Part shown: piece by piece, positions 1 through 9,326 of the stretch | Numbering within the stretch: position 1 is the stretch's first letter | Layout: the number at the start of each line of letters is the position of its first letter | Assembly (NCBI GenBank): GCA_963676105.1 | Contig: OY781039.1 | Span: forward strand, 1,560,001 to 1,592,000 | From: Erysipelotrichaceae bacterium | GTDB taxonomy: Bacteria; Bacillota_I; Bacilli_A; Erysipelotrichales; Erysipelotrichaceae | Length of the DNA stretch: 32,000 nucleotides | Direction: 5' to 3' | Notes under the pieces: model-generated | Seen by the model: only the letters and a program-made list of their open reading frames with translations | Databases searched by the model: none | What the model was told of the DNA's origin: nothing | Position numbers and translations under genes: made by a program

Positions 1-40
1 TACAGAAGAAGAATTGAGATCTTTAATAGAAGCATCATGA
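1..40 (+). CDS. 3' end of an unidentified upstream gene (partial)
   Basis: Frame 2 is open from the window edge (..TEEELRSLIEAS*). Its TGA (38-40) overlaps the dusB ATG (37-39) as ATGA. Too short to identify. Confidence 0.3.
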   Translation, partial: TEEELRSLIEAS

Positions 41-1020
41 GTAAGTGGAAAATTGGCGACATTGAGATCGAGAATCAAGTGACTATTGCGCCAATGGCGG
101 GCATAAGTAATGGCGCTTTTAGATCTTTGGTTGCTCATTATAAACCCGGTATTATATATACCGAAATGGTCAGTGATAAAGCCATTGTTCATAAGAATGA
201 GCGAACTATGAAGATGTGTGAAGTGTATGAGGGTGAACATCCGATTGCTTTACAACTCTTTGGTGAAGACATCGAATCGATGACTGAAGCAGCCATCTAT
301 TTAGATACACAAACAAATTGTGACATCATAGATATAAATATGGGCTGTCCTGTGCCTAAGATAGTTAAGGGCTCAGGAGGAGCTTCACTAATGAAAGATC
401 CTGATAAGGCGGTCGCGATTGTTGAATCCATTGTGAAGAATGTTAAAAAACCTGTAACGGTTAAAACACGTCTAGGATGGGATTCAAAAAGTTTAAATGT
501 TGTTGAATTTGCGAAACGCTTAGAAAAAGCAGGGGCACAAGCGATAGCGATTCATGGACGGACACGCGTACAAATGTATGAAGGTGCTGCTGATTATAAA
601 CTCATAAAAGAAGTTAAGGCAGCAGTAAGCATTCCAGTCATAGTGAATGGTGATATTACCAGTGTTGAAAAAGCACATGAAGCTTTGGAATATACCGGCG
701 CTGATGCTTTAATGATTGGGCGAGGGGTACTTGGAAGACCTTGGTTCGTTAAAGAAGTTATGAATAGTCTAGATGGTACATCCATTGAACAAATAAGTAT
801 CGATGAGCGATTTGAAATCGCATTACTCCATGCGAAACGTTTAGTTGAACTCAAAGGGGAAAACCTTGGGATTAAGGAAATGCGGGGGCAGTTAGGTTGG
901 TATTTAAAGGGTTTACCTAACTCACATCGAGTAAAAGATGAAATCGCAAAGATGAATAGTTTAGAAGATTTTGATAGAATAATTAAGAATTATCAAAATG
1001 AATTAAAAAATAAGGATTAA
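37..1020 (+). CDS. dusB: tRNA-dihydrouridine synthase (Dus family, FMN TIM barrel)
   Basis: 327-aa ORF with Dus-type motifs IAPMAGISNGAFR, DINMGCP and HGRTR. Sits directly upstream of lysS, as in many Bacillota. Confidence 0.9.
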   Translation: MSKWKIGDIEIENQVTIAPMAGISNGAFRSLVAHYKPGIIYTEMVSDKAIVHKNERTMKMCEVYEGEHPIALQLFGEDIESMTEAAIYLDTQTNCDIIDINMGCPVPKIVKGSGGASLMKDPDKAVAIVESIVKNVKKPVTVKTRLGWDSKSLNVVEFAKRLEKAGAQAIAIHGRTRVQMYEGAADYKLIKEVKAAVSIPVIVNGDITSVEKAHEALEYTGADALMIGRGVLGRPWFVKEVMNSLDGTSIEQISIDERFEIALLHAKRLVELKGENLGIKEMRGQLGWYLKGLPNSHRVKDEIAKMNSLEDFDRIIKNYQNELKNKD

Positions 1021-2511
<1,491 letters not shown>

Positions 2512-2521
2512 TTATTAGAAG

Positions 2522-2557
2522 AAAAGCAAACTATTTTATCAGTAGTTTGCTTTTTTT
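2522..2557 (+). terminator. Rho-independent terminator of dusB-lysS
   Basis: Perfect 12-bp stem aaaagcaaacta (2522-2533) / tagtttgctttt (2543-2554), 9-nt loop, T-run to 2557. Confidence 0.8.
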
Positions 2558-2870
2558 AGGACTCCACTTGTTGACATGAGTTGTATTAATCCAATAATGT
2601 CTTTATCAAACCACAATCTATCATGGACACCTGCAATAGACCATATGATTACGACATAACCATTTGGATCTCTACCGTCAATCATATAAGTATCATTAAG
2701 ATAAATAATTTTGTCGATTGCTTATTGTGCAATTGACACCACAATAAGATTTGTTTTGCCAAATACATTCTAAGATATCAGTGACGATAACTGTTATCTC
2801 GAACCATTTGTTGTCAATCGTTCAATACAATATCATGGGTATTTATATACTCTAAATCAGGTGAAGTGTA
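2539..2870 (-). pseudogene. Decayed remnant of an unidentified gene
   Basis: Minus-strand translation gives protein-like segments (IDNKWFEITVIVTDILECI / FGKTNLIVVSIAQ*AIDKIIYLNDTYMIDGRDPNGYVVIIWSIAGVHDRLWFDKDIIGLIQLMSTSGVLKKANY*). They are broken by an in-frame stop and at least one frameshift. No intact ORF of 60 aa or more lies in 2560-3225. Confidence 0.3.
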
Positions 2871-3176
2871 AATTTGCTACTGAAAATATTTAATATTGCG
2901 TTCAACTTACATGATAAGGGGGATATTTAAATCTTTTGATTATGTGAAAGTTCTAAGGGTCAAATCAGCAGGAAATTCATGTTACTATCGTTTGCATATT
3001 TGTAGTCTATTAATACAAAAAAATATTGATCTAAACGTAGTTTTTTTCACACGCTAATTGATGGGTTAATTCCAAAGCTAGGTTTTCTTGTATCTCAACA
3101 TCTCGGCTTTACTAATAAACTATTTTTCTATCCAAAAAATAATAATAACATTCAAAAACAAAAATAGAATCAAAAT

Positions 3177-3207
3177 AGTTGTAAAAAACAACTAATAATG
3201 ATATTTT
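3177..3207 (+). promoter_or_regulatory. Candidate promoter (TTGTAA-17-TGaTATTTT) with overlapping palindrome AGTTGT-N5-ACAACT (3177-3193), a possible MarR operator
   Basis: -35-like ttgtaa at 3179-3184. Extended -10 with TG at 3199-3200 plus tatttt at 3202-3207. Perfect 6+5+6 inverted repeat at 3177-3193. GGAG at 3216-3219 precedes the ATG at 3226. Confidence 0.3.
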
Positions 3208-3225
3208 TTAAAAAAGGAGATTGTC

Positions 3226-3651
3226 ATGCTGCTTTGTAACATTAGTATTATGAATCGATATGGAAAGAATAAATTAGACGAATTACTAATACCGTTTAAT
3301 TTAGATTGGTATCAATTTGCTGCAATATGGTTAATTGATGGTATTCCAGGGATTTCACAAAATGATATGATCCCATTTTTACAGACTGATAAAGGAAATG
3401 TCTCTAAAATTATTAAGAAATTAATTGAAGAAGAACTTGTTTATACACATAAGAGTGAGGATGATAATCGTAAAAAAGGGTGTTATCTAACACTTAAAGG
3501 CAAAGATTTAGTTCCAACACTGAAAAGGGTTATGAGTGATTGGGAAGATATTTTATACAAAAATATCAGTAAAGAAGAGTTAGAAATATTTGATAAAGTA
3601 AGCTCTCAAATATCAGTAAACTTAACACAAAATATGGAGAAATTTAAATGA
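3226..3651 (+). CDS. MarR-family winged-helix transcriptional regulator
   Basis: 141 aa. wHTH core (ISQNDMIPFLQTDKGNVSKIIKKLIEEELV..DDNRKKGCYLTLKG) typical of MarR. Good SD. Stop overlaps the next start (ATGA). Confidence 0.8.
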   Translation: MLLCNISIMNRYGKNKLDELLIPFNLDWYQFAAIWLIDGIPGISQNDMIPFLQTDKGNVSKIIKKLIEEELVYTHKSEDDNRKKGCYLTLKGKDLVPTLKRVMSDWEDILYKNISKEELEIFDKVSSQISVNLTQNMEKFK

Positions 3652-5420
3652 TCATTACAGGAAGAGCAATCTATAGATTAATTCTATCTGGTGCCAACAA
3701 TATTGTAGTTAATGAAACAACTCTCAATAGGATTAATGTCTTCCCTGTTCCCGATGGAGATACGGGAACCAATTTATCATTAACAATGAATCAAATATTA
3801 AGAGAGACTGTTGAACATGATTATGCTTTTATGCAATTAGAAAATATTGCGAAAGTGGCAGTAAACAATGCTTATGGTAATTCTGGCATGATTTTTGCTG
3901 AATATTTAAGTGGATTAGCTGAAAATCTTAATAATCAAAAAGAACTTAAGAGAAATGATCTTATCAAGGCGTTTTCACATGCATATGCTAAAGCGAAACA
4001 ATCTGTTTCACAGCCGAAAGAAGGCACAATTTTAAGTGTCATGCGTTCGTGGGCAGAGTTGTTGGAAAAATCAGTTCATCTAGAGATTGAACATCTATTT
4101 TCTGAGAATTTAGAGAAATTGTTTTTAGCTGTTGAAAACACAAAAGAACAGATGAGAATTTTAAAAGATAATAATGTAGTTGATGCAGGTGCATTAGCGT
4201 TTTTCTTCTTTGTTGAAGGAATGGTTAAATATCTTAAAAATGGTGATCAAACGGAATTAGAATTTAAGGCTTCTAAGATGGAATTTATTAGAGAGCCATT
4301 AAAGTCATTAGATATTGGTAAATACCGCTATTGTTGTCAATATCAAATAAAAGCAAGTACTGATTCTAAAGAATTAGAGACGAAACTAAAAGAATTTGGT
4401 GATTCGATTGTAACCCATCATGATAATCAAAATTTAAGTGTACATATGCATAGCAATCAACCTGCAGAACTTATGAAAGAACTTTTAAAGATCGGACCAG
4501 TTTTAAAACACAAAGTTGATGACATGCTTTTACAGTCAAATATGATCCATAAACCAAAATCTAAAATTGCTATTTTAACGGATTCTATAGCAGATTTACC
4601 TGCATCTTTCATTGATGAAAATCAAATAGCTGTTTTACCATTAAATATTATTATTGACTCAATTGTATACAAAGATAAAGTAACAATGACTTCTGACTAC
4701 TTCTATCAGTATTTAGATAATTTTAGAATGAGTCCAACATCGTCCCAACCTAACGTTGAAAGCATAGAGCGTTTTTTAAGCGAAATCATAAGGAATTATG
4801 ATGAAATCATAGGTATATTTGTTTCATCAAGGATGAGTGGTACTTATCATAATATACTTAATGTTCTAGAAAAAATTGAAACGACAAATAAAAAGATTAA
4901 AATCATTGATTCAAAGACAAATTCAGTTGCTCAAGGTTTAATTGTTTATGATCTAGTTCAAAAAAGGAATGACGGTTATAATTTTGACAAACTTGTTTTA
5001 TATGCTGACAAGTTAGTTGAAAATTCAGAAATATTTGTAAGCGTAAAAGATTTAAAGTACATGATAAAAGGCGGAAGAGTATCAAAATTACAAGGCAAGT
5101 TACTTTCCTTAGTAAAACTAAAGCCTGTAATTTCGATCGATAATAATGGTCTTGGCATTATACCTTTTAAGACACTAAGCCAAAAAAGCGCAGTAAATTC
5201 CATACTTAATAAAATAAAGAAGGATCTATCAAAGTCAAAGATATCTAAATATGCATTAGTGTACGCAGATAAAGAATTGGACTTGGAAATACTCAAAAAG
5301 AAAGTTAATAAAATACTGGAAAAAGAACCTGAATATATTGAATGTATTTCCCCAATTGTAGGATTAAATGCTGGTAAAGGTGCATTTGCGATTGCATACC
5401 TTAAGGATGAGATAGGTTAA
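3648..5420 (+). CDS. Fusion protein: FakA-like DhaL/Dak2 kinase domain + FakA-like central domain + complete DegV (FakB-like) fatty-acid-binding domain
   Basis: N-terminal VFPVPDGDTGTN (Dak2/DhaL). Middle YRYCCQY..GDSIVTHHDNQNLSVHMHSNQP (YloV/FakA central-domain-like). C-terminal half from about nt 4560 carries DegV motifs IAILTDSIADLP, PTSSQP, SSRMSGTY, IKGGRVS. Confidence 0.8.
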   Translation: MIITGRAIYRLILSGANNIVVNETTLNRINVFPVPDGDTGTNLSLTMNQILRETVEHDYAFMQLENIAKVAVNNAYGNSGMIFAEYLSGLAENLNNQKELKRNDLIKAFSHAYAKAKQSVSQPKEGTILSVMRSWAELLEKSVHLEIEHLFSENLEKLFLAVENTKEQMRILKDNNVVDAGALAFFFFVEGMVKYLKNGDQTELEFKASKMEFIREPLKSLDIGKYRYCCQYQIKASTDSKELETKLKEFGDSIVTHHDNQNLSVHMHSNQPAELMKELLKIGPVLKHKVDDMLLQSNMIHKPKSKIAILTDSIADLPASFIDENQIAVLPLNIIIDSIVYKDKVTMTSDYFYQYLDNFRMSPTSSQPNVESIERFLSEIIRNYDEIIGIFVSSRMSGTYHNILNVLEKIETTNKKIKIIDSKTNSVAQGLIVYDLVQKRNDGYNFDKLVLYADKLVENSEIFVSVKDLKYMIKGGRVSKLQGKLLSLVKLKPVISIDNNGLGIIPFKTLSQKSAVNSILNKIKKDLSKSKISKYALVYADKELDLEILKKKVNKILEKEPEYIECISPIVGLNAGKGAFAIAYLKDEIG

Positions 5421-6187
5421 TGATAGAACTTAATTTAATCATTATTATAGTGGTGTATTTCTTAATCTGGTTCTTCATAAATACTTTATTAAAGAATGCA
5501 GGGCTAATTGATATCGCATGGGGTTTAGGCTTTGTTTTGCTTGCAATCACCCAATATGTTAATAACATAAGCTCACTTGGATTGATATTACTTATGATGG
5601 TAGCCATTTGGGGCTTAAGACTAAGTTGGCATATTGGAAAGAGAAATATCAACAACCCAGAAGATCACCGATATCAAAAATTTAGAAATGATTGGGGCAA
5701 ACATTATATATTGCGTGCAATCTTTCAAATTTATATTTTACAAGCAATACTTATGTTAATTGTTTCGATGACATTTCTTGATGGCATAAAACAGTCCGAA
5801 CTAAAGTCATTGGTTGGATTAATTATTGGTGCTATTGTTTATTCAATTGGCTTGGGATTTGAAGTGATTTCTGATTACCAAATGGAGAAATTTAAAAAAG
5901 ATATAAAGAATAAAGGACAGCTTATGACAAGTGGTTTATGGTCACTTAGTCGACACCCAAATTATTTCGGTGAAGCAACATTATGGTTAGGAATAGCTAT
6001 CACATCAATATCTATAGGATCAAACTTAGTTGCATTAATAGGCGCGTTTACAATATTCTATCTCGTTAGATTCTTATCAGGAACACCATTAATGGAGAAG
6101 AGAATTAAAGAATATGAAGAATTTAAATCTTATGAAAAAGAGGTGCCGATTTTCTTCCCAAAATTGAAAGGAGCTCTAAAAAAATGA
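5420..6187 (+). CDS. DUF1295-family polytopic membrane protein (steroid-5-alpha-reductase / ICMT-like superfamily)
   Basis: 255 aa, multiple TM segments. Motifs WGLRLSWHIGKRN..EDHRY and SDYQ..F....GLWSLSRHPNYFGE are characteristic of DUF1295. Start overlaps the upstream stop by 1 nt (TAATG). Confidence 0.8.
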   Translation: MIELNLIIIIVVYFLIWFFINTLLKNAGLIDIAWGLGFVLLAITQYVNNISSLGLILLMMVAIWGLRLSWHIGKRNINNPEDHRYQKFRNDWGKHYILRAIFQIYILQAILMLIVSMTFLDGIKQSELKSLVGLIIGAIVYSIGLGFEVISDYQMEKFKKDIKNKGQLMTSGLWSLSRHPNYFGEATLWLGIAITSISIGSNLVALIGAFTIFYLVRFLSGTPLMEKRIKEYEEFKSYEKEVPIFFPKLKGALKK

Positions 6188-6582
6188 AATTATTTATTCA
6201 CTTTATAATTACTTTTTTTGTATTTTTAAGCATTGACCTAATCTGGCTTGGCTTTATTGCCAAGAATATTTATGCAAATGCAATTGGTCATTTAATGAGT
6301 TCAAATGTTAACTGGCCAGCAGCGATAATATTTTACGTTATCTTTGTAGTCGGTATTTTATATTTTGTCGTTGAGCCAGCATTAATACATCAAGATATCA
6401 CTAAATTATTAATTTCTGCTGCTCTGTTTGGGTTTATAACATATGCAACATATGATTTAACGAATCTTGCAACACTCAAAGATTGGCCTGTCACTATTAC
6501 AATTATCGACTTAACTTGGGGTACAAGTTTATCACTTCTAGTTTCGATCATTTCATATTTTTTAATCAAGTTAATTTCATAG
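6184..6582 (+). CDS. DUF2177-like small integral membrane protein
   Basis: 132 aa, about 4 TM segments. Pattern IDLIWLGF...Y, ...TYATYDLTN.A.L.DWP...DL.WG matches my recollection of DUF2177. ATGA overlap with the DUF1295 gene. Confidence 0.65.
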   Translation: MKLFIHFIITFFVFLSIDLIWLGFIAKNIYANAIGHLMSSNVNWPAAIIFYVIFVVGILYFVVEPALIHQDITKLLISAALFGFITYATYDLTNLATLKDWPVTITIIDLTWGTSLSLLVSIISYFLIKLIS

Positions 6583-6599
6583 TTTAAAGGAGATATTCT

Positions 6600-7544
6600 A
6601 TGTTTGTAAAACCAAAAATATTAGTAAGTGATTGCCTTGGATTTAAAGCATGTCGTTATGATGCCTCTCAAATCAATGCACCACTTATTCAAGCGTTAGA
6701 ACCCTTTGTTGAGTATATAAGAGTTTGTCCAGAAGTTGCGATAGGACTACCAACACCAAGAGAAAGTTTAAGACTGATAGAGGATATTGAATATCCAAAG
6801 TTAGTTATTTCAAAATCAGGTAAAGACTTGACAGAAAAGATGAAGAATTTCTCAAATAATTTTATAGGAAATATTTCTCAGGTGCATGGTTTTCTATTAA
6901 AAAGCAGATCGCCATCATGCGGTACAAAAGATGTAAAAATTTATCATACATATGGGGTATCAAGCGCGATTGGGAAGGGCAAAGGTCTGTTTGCGCAAGA
7001 GGTTTTTAATTACTATCCTACACATCCAATTGAAGAGGAGGGTCGATTAACTAATTTTGCGATAAGAGAAGAGTACTTTTATAAGATATTTACGTTGGCT
7101 GAGTATGATGAATCAGTCAGAACAGTTAATGATCTCGTCAAATTTCACACGAAGCATAAGTATGCAATGATGTCATATCAACCTTTGAGAATGACAGAAC
7201 TTGGACAAATTGTCTCAAAATCAAGCAAGCGAACACAAAGTGATGATATTCAAGAGTACAAAGAGAGTTTGTATCAATTACTATCAGAAACGACTAGTAT
7301 TGGACGAAATATAAATACACTTAGTCATCTTTATGGGTATTTCAAAGATGATTTAAATGAATTAGAAAAAGAACATTATTTTACAACACTTGAATTATAC
7401 AAAAACCTGCAAATTCCCTTTTCAGTACCGATATCGATTATTTATTCATGGGCATTACGCTTTAAAAACGTCTACTTATTAAACCAATCAATCTTAAATC
7501 CATTTCCAAAAGAACTCATGAATCTACATGATAGTGGGAACTAA
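6600..7544 (+). CDS. TudS (DUF523) - DUF1722 fusion, RudS/YbgA-like putative [4Fe-4S] thio-nucleobase / tRNA 4-thiouridine desulfidase
   Basis: 314 aa. N-terminal DUF523 pattern with three candidate cluster cysteines (SDC12LG, VC43PE, SPSC107G). C-terminal DUF1722 pattern (HTKHKYAMMSY...LNQSILNPFPKEL). AAGGAG SD at 6587-6592. Confidence 0.8.
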   Translation: MFVKPKILVSDCLGFKACRYDASQINAPLIQALEPFVEYIRVCPEVAIGLPTPRESLRLIEDIEYPKLVISKSGKDLTEKMKNFSNNFIGNISQVHGFLLKSRSPSCGTKDVKIYHTYGVSSAIGKGKGLFAQEVFNYYPTHPIEEEGRLTNFAIREEYFYKIFTLAEYDESVRTVNDLVKFHTKHKYAMMSYQPLRMTELGQIVSKSSKRTQSDDIQEYKESLYQLLSETTSIGRNINTLSHLYGYFKDDLNELEKEHYFTTLELYKNLQIPFSVPISIIYSWALRFKNVYLLNQSILNPFPKELMNLHDSGN

Positions 7545-7563
7545 AAAAATATGAAGGAGATCA

Positions 7564-8187
7564 ATGATGAATTTAAAAGAAAAATATATTGATGCTTTAA
7601 ACGATTTAAATCACGATAAGTGCATATTATTACTTGATGAATATTTAAGTAGTGATGATGCAAACTTTGATGAAGCATTTGATTTAGTATCACAAGCACT
7701 ATCTTTATCCGTAAACTGCTCAACAGATGAAATATGGACAGAACATGCTAAGACGCAAATTGTAAGATCTAGCATAGAATTATTATCTATTTATATCATT
7801 AAAAATACACCACTTAAAAATCAAGAGAAAATCGCTATCATTTGTCCTAATGGAGAATATCATGAATTAGGGGCGAGAATGGTTAGTGAAGCTATACGAA
7901 AAGAAGGATTTAATGCGCTCTTTTTAGGTAACAGTTTACCCAATAAAGATATTGTAGAGTTGGTTAAATCTTGTGATTTAAAAGCGATTGTTTTTAGTAT
8001 TTCAAACTTTTTTACAATGCACTCGATTAATCCTGTTATTGACGAAATAAACAAAATTAGACCAGAGTTAAAGATTATACTTGGTGGACAAGCCATTAAT
8101 CATAATCCTAGTCAAATTCACGGTCAAAATTGTGAATTGTGTACAACTTTCGATCAATTGAAAGAAGTGTTGGAGGCGATGAAATGA
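7564..8187 (+). CDS. Stand-alone cobalamin-binding protein (helical B12-binding_2-like cap + Rossmann B12-binding domain), CarH/LitR-sensor-like, no DNA-binding domain
   Basis: 207 aa, no TM or signal peptide. KIAIICPNGEYHELGARMVSEAIRKEGFNALFLG...AIVFSIS...KIILGG. The His-on motif is E-x-H-x-x-G (nt 7855-7872). SD spacing suggests the second ATG (7567) may be the true start. Stop overlaps the permease start. Confidence 0.75.
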   Translation: MMNLKEKYIDALNDLNHDKCILLLDEYLSSDDANFDEAFDLVSQALSLSVNCSTDEIWTEHAKTQIVRSSIELLSIYIIKNTPLKNQEKIAIICPNGEYHELGARMVSEAIRKEGFNALFLGNSLPNKDIVELVKSCDLKAIVFSISNFFTMHSINPVIDEINKIRPELKIILGGQAINHNPSQIHGQNCELCTTFDQLKEVLEAMK

Positions 8188-9326
8188 AATTAGCATTTAA
8201 TATTGCGAGGCGTTTCTTAAACTATAATAAAGGTCAAACTTTACTTATTGTATTAGGGATAGCGATTGGAATATCAGTTCAAATTTTTATAGGTCTACTT
8301 ATCTCTGGTTTACAAGATTCACTCATTGATAGCACAATTGGTAGTAGCGCTCACATTACAATAAGTTCACAAACAAGAGGTGAGAATTTTGATTTCGACA
8401 ATAATTATTTAAATGACTTAAAAGAGAATGAAAATTTTACGAATGTTGGTATTAGTGTCAGTGGCCCAGCATTTGGTGTATTTGACGAAAAGAGTCAATC
8501 CATACTTTTTAGAGGTTTAGATTCTGAAGTGCTTGATATAAACAATCTTGAAAGCAAAATCATTGAAGGAACATTAGATATTAATAAAGGTATCGTCATT
8601 GGTAAAGGTTTAGCTGAACAACTTGAAATCGGTATTAATGATTATTTAACAATTCAACCAATCAATAATACAAGTACTGATTTTTTAGTTACCGGGATTG
8701 CTGATTTTAAAGTAGCGGTACTGAATGACAGTTGGGTTATTTCAAAACCTGATATTGTGCAAGAAACATTGTTGATAGATAATCAAATATCAGCGATTGA
8801 GATTCAAGTAGATGAAGTTTTTAGTGCTGATGTTTATGCAGCAGATTTAACTGTGCCATCAGGCTTAAGTGTTATTGATTGGAAAGCACAAAACGAAGAA
8901 CTATTATCTGGTTTAAATGGTCAAAGTGTATCAACTTATATGATTCAAGTCTTTGTATTAGTTTCGGTAGTTTTAGGAATCGCATCAACTCTCGCGATTA
9001 CTGTTTTACAAAAATCTAAGCAAATTGGGATCTTAAAAGCGATGGGAATAAAGAATTCTCAAGCATCGCTTATCTTTATGTTTCAAGGGATTATCTTAGG
9101 AATTCTTGGGGGCTTACTGGGAATGGGATTAGGCTATGGCTTACTTGAGATGTTTTCTACATTTGCGAAAAATTCAGACGGTAGCCCAATTATTCCAATT
9201 ACCTTTGACCTACAGTTTATATTATTATCGGGATCAATTGCAGTGATATCATCGTTTATCGCATCACTTATTCCAGCTAGAAAATCACTTAAACTATCTG
9301 TTATCGAGGTAATACGAAATGGCTAA
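8184..9326 (+). CDS. ABC transporter permease, FtsX/MacB/LolCE type (TM1, large extracytoplasmic domain, 3 C-terminal TMs)
   Basis: The ORF track starts at 8139. ATG 8184 (MKLAFNIARRFL..) is preferred because GGAGG lies at 8172-8176 and it forms an ATGA overlap with the upstream stop. Topology and N-terminus are typical of the FtsX family. Confidence 0.85.
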   Translation: MKLAFNIARRFLNYNKGQTLLIVLGIAIGISVQIFIGLLISGLQDSLIDSTIGSSAHITISSQTRGENFDFDNNYLNDLKENENFTNVGISVSGPAFGVFDEKSQSILFRGLDSEVLDINNLESKIIEGTLDINKGIVIGKGLAEQLEIGINDYLTIQPINNTSTDFLVTGIADFKVAVLNDSWVISKPDIVQETLLIDNQISAIEIQVDEVFSADVYAADLTVPSGLSVIDWKAQNEELLSGLNGQSVSTYMIQVFVLVSVVLGIASTLAITVLQKSKQIGILKAMGIKNSQASLIFMFQGIILGILGGLLGMGLGYGLLEMFSTFAKNSDGSPIIPITFDLQFILLSGSIAVISSFIASLIPARKSLKLSVIEVIRNG

